64,000 nt of DNA, from IMG/VR virus record IMGVR_UViG_3300025011_000016, one strand, 5' to 3'. Below the pieces are notes generated by a model that was not told where the DNA came from, ran no database searches, and saw only the letters and a list, made by a program, of their open reading frames with translations. The stretch comes from a virus (lineage: Duplodnaviria > Caudoviricetes). Of the stretch, positions 1 through 9,500 are shown one piece after another; the stretch's first letter is position 1; each line of letters begins with the position of its first letter. The translations under genes and the position numbers were made by a program.

Positions 1-1
1 T

Positions 2-1009
2 GAATGGACTAAAGAATATAATAAAACTGTAAAGAATGAAGTGGCTAGTGATTTTAATATAACTGTCAACAAGTTCTTTAAAGATATTAAAAATAAGAAA
101 CGGTGTAAACTTCATTTTAAAAGAAAGATCCATGGTAATGGATCATTCCGAATATACAATAAGAATAAAGGTAACGTTAAAATTATTGACAAAAACAAAT
201 TCTCTTTTATTATTAATAGAGAATATGGTCATATGTCATTGAAAACTTTTGAAGATATAAGTTTCTTATATCAATATGAAATAAAAACAATGACTATTAG
301 TATGAAGAATTTTAAATATTATGTATCATTTACATATGAGTTAGATGTCCCAAAGCATACTCATACGAAAAACATAGTGGGTGTAGATCTAGGAATACTT
401 AATCCGGTAGTTTGTTTTGATGGAAAAGATATCATAAATCCTAAATTCCCAAAGGGAATTATTAAGAAACTAGAGAAGAAAACCGATAAACTTTCAACGA
501 TAGTTTCTAAAAAGAAGTATGATAAGTACGATCCATCGAAAAACTATATAAAAGCGAGAACCAAGCTTAATGATATTTATATTAAAATAGTGAATATCAG
601 AATGGATTATATTCAGAAGGTTTCAACCTTCTTAGCTAAGACTTATAGAAACGTAGTAGTCGATGAGTTTAGTTTTAAAGAATTACTTACAGAATCTGAT
701 GGTATTAAGCGTATTAATAGGGGTATTCATAGAGTTGGTGCCTTTACGTTTACACAAGTGTTAAAATATAAATGCTACTTTTACGGTAGCGAATATATTT
801 TAGCGTTACCTAATACTACTAACACATGCTCTGAATGTAACCATAAACTTAAAACTAAGTTAAAGTTATCTCAAAGAATCTTTAATTGTCCAATATGCGG
901 GCATATAGATGACAGAGATAATAATGCGGCTATTAATATTTATAAGTCGTTTAAAGGATCTTTATTAACTAACGTAAATAAAGATTTCGCCGTTGGTCGG
1001 ACGGTTTAA
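2..1009 (+). CDS. tnpB: TnpB-family RNA-guided endonuclease (IS200/IS605/IS607 type), 5'-truncated by the window edge
   Basis: RuvC-I VGVDLG, RuvC-II VVVDE, zinc finger CSEC...CPIC and RuvC-III DRDNNAAINI. The frame is open from position 2, upstream of the GTG at 41. Confidence 0.92.
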   Translation, partial: EWTKEYNKTVKNEVASDFNITVNKFFKDIKNKKRCKLHFKRKIHGNGSFRIYNKNKGNVKIIDKNKFSFIINREYGHMSLKTFEDISFLYQYEIKTMTISMKNFKYYVSFTYELDVPKHTHTKNIVGVDLGILNPVVCFDGKDIINPKFPKGIIKKLEKKTDKLSTIVSKKKYDKYDPSKNYIKARTKLNDIYIKIVNIRMDYIQKVSTFLAKTYRNVVVDEFSFKELLTESDGIKRINRGIHRVGAFTFTQVLKYKCYFYGSEYILALPNTTNTCSECNHKLKTKLKLSQRIFNCPICGHIDDRDNNAAINIYKSFKGSLLTNVNKDFAVGRTV

Positions 1010-1028
1010 AGAACCTTAAACGGTTAAG
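985..1028 (+). mobile_element. Putative right end / omegaRNA 3' part of the TnpB element
   Basis: Two short hairpins (ccgt-tggtcgg-acgg and gtttaa-agaacc-ttaaac) overlap the tnpB stop codon, where TnpB omegaRNAs normally lie. Confidence 0.4.
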
Positions 1029-1031
1029 TTA

Positions 1032-2408
1032 TTGTGGTATCTAACGAATACTACTAACACGACAGATAAGGTAGATACCAATGCCGTTGAGTTAATTCCT
1101 ATCCTGACTATTAAGGATGATATTGGTGTATTAACTGATGACTATATATTCACAAATTTATTTCTAGTTACAGTTAGTAAATCTCCAGGGATTATTGGTT
1201 ACTATATTAATTCAATTGATGATAAATTGTCTCTAGATTACGAGTATGTGAATTCAGATTCCATAGTACAATTCATATGTAATAACATCAATATATATAG
1301 GAATGCAATTGCAGGTGAGGATGTATACAAGATTACAGTCGCATTAACTCCAACCTTAGATGACGGTGAAGTAATGGCAACTAAAGTTGCCAATATTATT
1401 ACAGACTTAGGAATATTAAAGATAAAAATAATGGTGGAAGATAATGGAGTGGAGATTTGCTATTTAGATACAATAATGACAGATTTCGATGAATTAACGA
1501 ATATATATACATTTGAAGCAACTTTGAGTACTACTGATTACATGACTTTCGACCAATATATGCAAGTTATGAATATTAATAATACTATCGATGGGATTAT
1601 TTTAGTCAATACTTTAATACCTATGTATAATTGTAAATTAAATGTTTATGCTTTCTATAAGTATAGTGAACTTGACGAAGAGGGAAATCTATATAAAATA
1701 CCCCATATATATGATCATATTGCTGAATTACAACCTTATACTTTAACAAATAAATATTCAACAGTAGATAAAAAAGTTAATTTCATAAGTCCTCTTAATA
1801 TCTTAAGAAGTATGGTAAACTTCACATCCGCTAATAATGTTGATGGGTATGATGTTACCATCAGTGCAGTTCCATTTGTATCAGCACCTATGATGAAAGA
1901 TCCAATTAAGTATAATTCTTTTATGAAAACTATATTGATTCAGTATGAATATATGCAAAATGCATTATCTAAAGTCACTAATAATTATGGTATAGATATG
2001 AAATTTTATAATACTTATGGGAGATCAAATAATTTTATTGCAGGTGATCTAGGGGTTCAACTAGATAATGTCAATACTAGAATATATATTAGAGTTAAAC
2101 CTAGCGTTGGTTCAGATGTCGATGATTTAATTCTATCATTAAAAGTATTCATCAAGAAATTTATTGAAAGTATAAATGCTTTAGGTTCAAATGGGATTTA
2201 TATATCCAATTTAATTACTAGTGTAGAAACAAATTTTTCCACCGTTGAATATATGAGGTTTGGTAATCTTAATGATTACGATTCTTCGGTTCAAATAATA
2301 GAGAACCGAACTCCCGATATAACATCATTGTCTAAGATTGATAGACAAAATTATGTGCCTGAATATCTAACAATTAGTTTAGACGATATTATTATTGATC
2401 TATTGTAG
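1032..2408 (+). CDS. Jumbo-phage virion/baseplate protein, probably only the C-terminal part or 3' exon
   Basis: No ATG or Shine-Dalgarno at the start, and the frame is open from 1020. The C-terminal FYNTYGRS...IYISNLI pattern is recalled from jumbo-phage baseplate proteins. Confidence 0.5.
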   Translation: MWYLTNTTNTTDKVDTNAVELIPILTIKDDIGVLTDDYIFTNLFLVTVSKSPGIIGYYINSIDDKLSLDYEYVNSDSIVQFICNNINIYRNAIAGEDVYKITVALTPTLDDGEVMATKVANIITDLGILKIKIMVEDNGVEICYLDTIMTDFDELTNIYTFEATLSTTDYMTFDQYMQVMNINNTIDGIILVNTLIPMYNCKLNVYAFYKYSELDEEGNLYKIPHIYDHIAELQPYTLTNKYSTVDKKVNFISPLNILRSMVNFTSANNVDGYDVTISAVPFVSAPMMKDPIKYNSFMKTILIQYEYMQNALSKVTNNYGIDMKFYNTYGRSNNFIAGDLGVQLDNVNTRIYIRVKPSVGSDVDDLILSLKVFIKKFIESINALGSNGIYISNLITSVETNFSTVEYMRFGNLNDYDSSVQIIENRTPDITSLSKIDRQNYVPEYLTISLDDIIIDLL

Positions 2409-2413
2409 AATCA

Positions 2414-2425
2414 AACATTATACTA
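2414..2425 (+). promoter_or_regulatory. Late promoter motif AACA-N6-TA
   Basis: aaca-ttatac-ta upstream of 2461. The same motif precedes five other late-type genes and matches the AR9 nvRNAP late consensus. Confidence 0.7.
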
Positions 2426-2460
2426 ATTAAACGATAACGAGTGAAAGAGGCGATAATAAA

Positions 2461-3654
2461 ATGACAAATTTTCCTAAAACTAATAATGTTGTTGTTAAGC
2501 ATAATACAGGAGTTAAAACTCTTAATGCCATTAATAATATGAGTATTGGTGCGGCATGTAAAGAAGCTTATATGAAGAGAGTGCTAGTTGAACACTATGA
2601 AGACATAGATGCAAGTGCTATTCAATCTGAGAAAGAATATGAAAATAGACAGGCTGGGGGAAATATCGCCAGTCGACAAATACTAGAATCCCAATTATTC
2701 TATAAGAGTAATGATATTTACAGAAGTGGCAAAGAGATTTTATTCAAAGAAATTGTATTTGAACTGTTTAGAAAATCCTTGAATCTTGATGAAGAGTTCG
2801 TTCTTGAACATCTTGAGAATTTAAAACAAGTTTCAGATTCTTATATCGATAAGAATGGTGGTTTTAAACTTCTTGAAACTGCCAGTATGGAGAGTAAATT
2901 CCCATTATTGAAAAATATACAGTCTCTATGCGAAAGTGTTGCCAAGGAAGTTAGTAAGAAGAAGATGAAATTGGCACCACAAGTTAGCACAGCAAATCAA
3001 TTAACATTTGAACTTAGTGAAGATGAGAAGAATGAATTTGATTATGAGAAAGATAAACTTGGTATGGATGAGTTGGCAGGTCTAGTCAAACAAAAAGTAC
3101 TAACTGTTATTCAAGATGAAAAAAGTCGGCAGAGTAAAGAAGATGATCTCATTACAGATATTGAAAATCAATTGAGGGATGATGATACTGTAACTGATCC
3201 TACATCTGCCCAAGAAGCATTTTCTAAAATTAGGATTAAACAAAATCCCGTTGAAGAGGTTACATTGTTTAGTGCTTTAATGCACCACTCTTATAAAGAG
3301 TTGTTAGAGAATACCGCCACTCAAGATTCTGATACCAATAATGCAGATGATAGGGAAGATAGAAATTATAAGGTTAATGTTGATGTGGATGATATTAATG
3401 GTAGTAGTGACCTTGATCATTTAGATCATCAAAATAGACATTCTAATGAGTATGATTTATCTGGTGAGATCGGTGAATATCAACCTGATAAAAATACTTC
3501 ATTCATCGACAGGGATGAATTTGAGATCGATATGGATATGGTCCTTGCTGAGGCATTAACTAAGTATACACTAATTGAATTATGTCATACCTTACAACTT
3601 GAAAAATACGATGCCAAATCTGTTAAAAAACTTTCTCAGAAATTACTACAATAA
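2461..3654 (+). CDS. Jumbo-phage hypothetical protein, probably virion structural
   Basis: 397-aa acidic ORF with RBS (gaaagagg) and late promoter motif, followed by a terminator. Confidence 0.6.
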   Translation: MTNFPKTNNVVVKHNTGVKTLNAINNMSIGAACKEAYMKRVLVEHYEDIDASAIQSEKEYENRQAGGNIASRQILESQLFYKSNDIYRSGKEILFKEIVFELFRKSLNLDEEFVLEHLENLKQVSDSYIDKNGGFKLLETASMESKFPLLKNIQSLCESVAKEVSKKKMKLAPQVSTANQLTFELSEDEKNEFDYEKDKLGMDELAGLVKQKVLTVIQDEKSRQSKEDDLITDIENQLRDDDTVTDPTSAQEAFSKIRIKQNPVEEVTLFSALMHHSYKELLENTATQDSDTNNADDREDRNYKVNVDVDDINGSSDLDHLDHQNRHSNEYDLSGEIGEYQPDKNTSFIDRDEFEIDMDMVLAEALTKYTLIELCHTLQLEKYDAKSVKKLSQKLLQ

Positions 3655-3657
3655 AAA

Positions 3658-3706
3658 AACGTATAATATGGAGGTAGCTTTTAAAGCTACCTCCATATTA
3701 TACGTT
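3658..3706. terminator. Bidirectional terminator hairpin
   Basis: Near-perfect long palindrome gtataatatggaggtagctt-tt-aaagctacctccatattatac between convergent genes. Confidence 0.85.
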
Positions 3707-4021
3707 TCGTTTAGGTCTTATGGTAAGTTCTCCATTACCAGATAATATTTTAAAAATAAAGTTAATATCAATAGTGGGTGGTATTAAATTCTTTAATAAT
3801 TGTGTAATTTTATTTCTAATCTCAGTAATATCTTTTTTACGATCTATCTTGATAATCATCTCTTCAGAAGTAAAACTAAAGTTATATTCACCAGTTATCT
3901 GACTTCCCAACCTAATTAAAATTGAAGTCGCATTAATTTTATTCTTCTTAATTTTTTTCAATTGATCATAGATATAATTATTGACCAATCTATTCTCAAC
4001 TATTTCTGCAATTTCCGACAT
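3698..4021 (-). CDS. Hypothetical protein
   Basis: 107-aa ORF with RBS gaggtg, ending at the shared terminator. Confidence 0.7.
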   Translation of the reverse strand: MSEIAEIVENRLVNNYIYDQLKKIKKNKINATSILIRLGSQITGEYNFSFTSEEMIIKIDRKKDITEIRNKITQLLKNLIPPTIDINFIFKILSGNGELTIRPKRNV

Positions 4022-4090
4022 AGTGGAACACCTCTATTCTTTTATATAATTAATATATTGTATATAGGTAAATATAAAATAACTATTTTA

Positions 4091-4747
4091 TTATATAATA
4101 GAATCCCTTTCTATTATGTTATCAATACCCTCATTATATACTTTCCACGATTCAACTTTCTTCTTATTGAACTTGCAATCATACTTGTCCATATATTCAA
4201 TATGAATTTCTATTCGTGGTTTAAATGAATAAAATTTTCTTACCCTTCCATCTATTATGAGACAATCTTCAATCAATAAATGTTTCTGAATCATATCTGA
4301 ATAAGTCTTACCGGCGTTATCCCAGTCGGGTCTTGGGAGAGCGCATAATGTTTTTAGTTCAGCTAATATCTTTTCAACCTTAGACATATTATCGGGCATT
4401 TTCATATACAGGTCACAATAAAATTTACATGGTGTGGTTATTAAATGATGTAAGTCCTTTGAACTATCCATAAAATCCTTAAATATATCATTATAATTCT
4501 TGGCATCCTTCACATAAAAAACCCTTCTTCTACCTATTCTTGGGCGAGCCGTTGCCTGTGGAAAGAAGTAGAAAACAAAGTCTAATGATTCCCATTTTAC
4601 TCTTTTTAATTTCATTAAAGCTTTTTTAAGATTGTCGATGTCTTTAGTCGATGGCTTTAATAAATTTAATATATATTTGAATCGTTCTGAAAAATCATTT
4701 GGTATGTGATCATATTTTTCTTGATATTCTTTAATCCTTCTCTTCAT
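4091..4747 (-). CDS. rusA: RusA-like Holliday junction resolvase
   Basis: ARPR near the N-terminus, PDWDNAGKTYSD and IEDCLIIDG...KFYS..PRIEIHI RusA motifs. Confidence 0.8.
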   Translation of the reverse strand: MKRRIKEYQEKYDHIPNDFSERFKYILNLLKPSTKDIDNLKKALMKLKRVKWESLDFVFYFFPQATARPRIGRRRVFYVKDAKNYNDIFKDFMDSSKDLHHLITTPCKFYCDLYMKMPDNMSKVEKILAELKTLCALPRPDWDNAGKTYSDMIQKHLLIEDCLIIDGRVRKFYSFKPRIEIHIEYMDKYDCKFNKKKVESWKVYNEGIDNIIERDSII

Positions 4748-4756
4748 ATTACACCT

Positions 4757-6484
4757 CTATATTCTAAATAACGGTTCAATTTTATTCCGAATATTTTGTA
4801 CAAATTCTTTATATATATTACCAGGTAGATCAATAGTTGAACCAAAGAATACTGAAAACATAGTTTCTAATCTGACCATAAAATTAGGTTTGGTTATGTC
4901 GATACCACATGATACTGCTAAGAATTCTATCAATCCCTGATTCTGAAAGAATAATTCTGGTTTACTAGTAGAGCTAATCATCAAATTACTATACAAGTCC
5001 TTTATACCTATTTGAACTTTCATTTCAGTTGGTAAACCATCTACTGTCCAAGATTCACCATTACCACCTTTATCAATACTTATAGAATCTATTATTCCCA
5101 ATTCGCAGGAAAACCATCCTTTGGCAAATGCTTTTACTAAGAATGGTGCGGAATAACTATTTGCCCCAGTTTGTCTCGGCATAGCTAATCCTAATATATG
5201 CATTAATGGAACTAATATATTTAGATAAATACTTTCTTTATCACCATATGGAGATACTAAATTCATACTCACACTATATGATTTATTATATGCGGAATCG
5301 CCCCATAATTCAGGGAATAGTATATTAGATCCAGTTAAAACTTTATCTGACATACCAAGTAATCTAGACCAGAATCCATCTCCTGAACTATTAACCATTT
5401 TTTGAGATATTTCTTCTAAATTATTAGCGAATGATTGTTTAGCAACATCAATATTTTTAAGATTGGCTGTATTAGTTAAGAAAGATAATTCTTTAATTAT
5501 TCCCTCAGTACTATCAAACATTCCTTCCATTTTTGATTGATGTGTATTATTATTTGATGATTCCGAGAATGATGTACTGGGTTCTACATAAAATTGCACG
5601 TATTTATATCTACCGAACATGAGATCATATATGTCAGTTTCAACTGTAGATACATCAAATAGTGATTTCTTCGGAGTATCTTTAGGCACATAATCGCTTT
5701 TATACTTGTAATCACTCCAGTCGTAGTATTTATATGGTGCTCCATCACCAGGACCTTTTAAATCTCCAATCTGTAGATATAATGCACAAACCCTACACAT
5801 GAGATTGACATATTTCATGTATTCTGCGTAATCTGTCAGAAAATCAAAATATCTTATTTCTGATGTATTCCCAATTATCTTTAGTAATGAATCTTGTGCT
5901 TCAGGTTCATCCGTAGTTTTACCTGTAAAAAAGGATGTTATTGCTGAACGGTCATCAGCAGATACATCTGGTAGATAATTAGGACGACCTGGAACAAAAT
6001 ATATTATAGGGGATTCAGCCACTATGTTCTCAAGATATTTTCGCCCTAGATCTAAAGAATCGTTTATTCTGAAATCAGTTTCTTTTGTAAATTGAAATGG
6101 GCATCCGAATAGTCTGGTTGAAGCGTCGATCTTAACTTCATACTTTTTTGTTGCTGCATATAACATCTCTATTATTTTAGCATCAAGTCCTGGGCTAGTT
6201 CCAGTCGCTGGAGGTGTATCAGTTGAACCTGTAGATGGTGGTGATGTTGTGGGTGAAGTTAATGGTGGTACATCTGTACCAGGAACTTTTGTTGCATATG
6301 TTCCACATATCCACCCCCTACCATCTGTTAAACCATACCAAACAACTCCACCGACAATAACTAATTTATCAACGTTTACAACAGTTCCTTTTGGTATTGA
6401 ACCACTGATTGGATAGTTAGTTCCAGCACCTTCTCTGAAATTTAAATCTGAAGAATTCGTTGTTATAGTTACATCATATGACAT
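4757..6484 (-). CDS. Virion structural protein with N-terminal SH3b cell-wall-binding domain
   Basis: LNFREGAGTNYPISGSIPKGTVV...WY...GWI is an SH3b pattern, followed by a Pro/Thr linker. Late promoter motif at 6535-6546. Confidence 0.7.
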   Translation of the reverse strand: MSYDVTITTNSSDLNFREGAGTNYPISGSIPKGTVVNVDKLVIVGGVVWYGLTDGRGWICGTYATKVPGTDVPPLTSPTTSPPSTGSTDTPPATGTSPGLDAKIIEMLYAATKKYEVKIDASTRLFGCPFQFTKETDFRINDSLDLGRKYLENIVAESPIIYFVPGRPNYLPDVSADDRSAITSFFTGKTTDEPEAQDSLLKIIGNTSEIRYFDFLTDYAEYMKYVNLMCRVCALYLQIGDLKGPGDGAPYKYYDWSDYKYKSDYVPKDTPKKSLFDVSTVETDIYDLMFGRYKYVQFYVEPSTSFSESSNNNTHQSKMEGMFDSTEGIIKELSFLTNTANLKNIDVAKQSFANNLEEISQKMVNSSGDGFWSRLLGMSDKVLTGSNILFPELWGDSAYNKSYSVSMNLVSPYGDKESIYLNILVPLMHILGLAMPRQTGANSYSAPFLVKAFAKGWFSCELGIIDSISIDKGGNGESWTVDGLPTEMKVQIGIKDLYSNLMISSTSKPELFFQNQGLIEFLAVSCGIDITKPNFMVRLETMFSVFFGSTIDLPGNIYKEFVQNIRNKIEPLFRI

Positions 6485-6534
6485 AATGAAAACCTCCTTT
6501 AAATATAAAAACCATAGAGATAAGATATTAATCT

Positions 6535-6546
6535 TATCTCTATGTT
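6535..6546 (-). promoter_or_regulatory. Late promoter motif AACA-N6-TA, overlapping a hairpin at about 6510-6548
   Basis: Minus strand reads aaca-tagaga-ta. Confidence 0.55.
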
Positions 6547-6558
6547 TTATATTAATTA

Positions 6559-9500
6559 TTAAGTTATTCTACCTCTAGCAATAGTTTTGGCCACTTCATA
6601 GTTTCTAGATTCTTTATCCTCTTTCTTAGTCCCCATTCCCATAAAAGGATTTATACTAGTACTAGTTTGTCCTGGAGCAATAATAATATTATTTTGTGAA
6701 GTATTTCCAGATGTTGGAGGTTGATTATTTGATACATCAACTTGAATTTTCATATTTGAAAGACTACGTATACCATCAGTTGTATTACCAGTATTCGATG
6801 CTATTGATTGTAAGACATGTATAGCTTCAGATAATAACTCATCACTAAAGCTACCTGTATTTGATGCTTGTTGATTATTACTCATATATGATCTTACTGC
6901 AGGAGAACTTCCTGATGAGAAACTTGGGAATGACAAATTATTCATAACTGTGCCGTTATCTGGATTAGATGTGAGTTTGCTTGTTATAGAGTCAGTTAAT
7001 TCTCCGAAACCACCAGGTACATGTTGTGCCCCATATCCACCTTGTTCTGGGTCCCAATCAGATAAGTCTGAGTATAATCCAGACATCCTGCCTGAATATA
7101 TGCCAGAATGTTTACCCCAATAACTCTTTGCTTTAAATTCATTATATAAATGATCAAATTCAGATTTACCAGTTTGAGATGTTTTTGAATATGCTGACAT
7201 AAATGGACTTATATTAGCAGGTCCAGTATTTGCAAAATCTCCTAAGAATACTATTGATCTAGGATCTGCTATTTTCTTAGGAACTACTCCATATTTATAT
7301 ACTTGAGATAAATTTGTATCTCTAACATGATTCATAATCATGTCGTCTTCAACTTGTTTAGTAATACCATAATTGCTAGTTAAGAAATTTTGCAATCTAG
7401 TTTGTTCCGAATTAGACCAAGGAGAATTACTATTCCAATTAACTTTATTAGCAAAATAATTAGCTTCACTGTTACCAGGTAATTTTGCCGCCATATTTTG
7501 CATAAGTTGTTTAGCGTATCCACCTCTCCATTGTAAAGCTCCAATGGATGGTGATATAGATTGTCCTGTACTTCCATTTATGTCATTCTTAGCAAAAGTA
7601 TAGTTTCCATTAGATTCATGCTTAATAGTTTCTTCAGCAGTTTTCTTCAATATAGCATCTTGTAAATTCTTTGGTATAAAATCAATACCTGCTGTACTAG
7701 ATGGTGCTTGTATAGGTGAACCCGTATCATCAGTTCCCCAAGATAATTGATCATTTCTTCCAAAGAAGGCATTCTCAGTATATATACCCATTAACTCACT
7801 CAATTTACTAAATAAATCTTCACCTGAAAATGGTCCTTCTTTTTTTGCAACAGATGGGCTAGAACTCGGTGTATCTGTACTTGGTGTAGGGATAGGTCCA
7901 CCACCATATTTAAAGCCCCATGCTTGTTTAGCCTCATTCATTACAGTGTTCATATTATATGAATGTGAATATTTTTCTCCTCTTGGGTCGTTAATCATAA
8001 CCTTATTAGGACCATCATTACCAACAGCTACTACAAAATGTCCGGCTGAAGTAAATGGTGAATTTTCTGAAGCTGACGATCCGGGTCGAATTCCAGATAA
8101 TACTATAGGCACACCATTATCTAACCAATTTCTAACAGTTCCTTTATTTGAAGATGGATCGATCTGTGTTGTTTGCATACTAAACTTCTTTGCTATATCA
8201 TTAAAATATCCCCAACTAGTTCCTTGATTCGTACTATACCCATCTTCTTGTGCGATCTTAGCCATTTGAACTGGAGTATATTGCTTACCAGTTAATTGAG
8301 ATACAACCATCGCGGCTGATGTTGGCCCACAACCACGTTTTTCCATTGCTGGATTAGGTGAGTGTCCTTTTCCTGGACTATAATCATAAGGAACATTAGC
8401 CCAACGATCATCGGCTTGGGAATAATATGAGAAGTTATTAACAGTCGATGGGGCTTCTCCAAAACCACCATTAAATCCACCCATACCACCTCGACGAACA
8501 TTAGATGTAGTATTGGTACTGAAGTTCGCATCTTTAAGCTCAAGATCGGCATTTCCATTGAAGAGGTTTACAACCGAATTCCAACCATTCTTTACTTTAT
8601 CTCCAATTTTACCAAAAGTATTTTTCATACCATCAGCAATATTTTTAAAGAATGATTTTATTGGTGTAATAGCATCATCCACATATCCTGAGATAACAAC
8701 CCAAGTATCTCTAAAAGCCTTAACTATAGGTTCTGTTTTCTCATTAATATCCTTTTTAATTCCGGCCACTTTTTCATCAACAATTGACGTCATAACGGAC
8801 CAAGTATCTCTAAATGACCCTGAAATCAAATCGACTTTTTCACCAACATCTTTTTTAATCTCAGCCACTTTTTCATCAACAATTGACGTCATAACAGCCC
8901 AAGTATCTCTAAATGATCCAGTTATCGAATCTAGTTTTGTGCTCGTTTCAGTACTAATCTTTTCACTGGTCTTACCTAAATTAATACCTAATGTATCTAT
9001 AAAGTTATTTGCCGTAACTCCAATCCCATATATAGTTTTTGCAGTCTTTTCAGAATCTAGTATACCCAATGATGCACTTTCCAGCCCACCCGATATTCCT
9101 GAGGCTATTCTCATTCCAGTAGATATAGTTCCATTACCCGTAACATTGAGATTCTTTTTAACGGTATCGTTATTTATAAAATCACCAACTATTGGCATAT
9201 TATTGGCGACCCATTTAGTATTGTTAACAATACCATTGCCTACATAACTAGCTCCCTGAGAAATCTTCCCACCAACGTAACTAGCTCCATTTTTAATTCC
9301 ACCGACAACTTTATCGGCAATAGTTGGATTTGTTAAGGCATTATATTCATCTGGAGTTAAATTTTTATTATTTTCGATATTATATTCTTCCAATTCCTTT
9401 TTAAAGGCACCTTGATTATTTTCTAATTTAATTCCTTTATCGTCACCAGCCCATGCTGCATATAAATAATTAGCAATCATTTCCAGAAAGCCTGTTCCTC

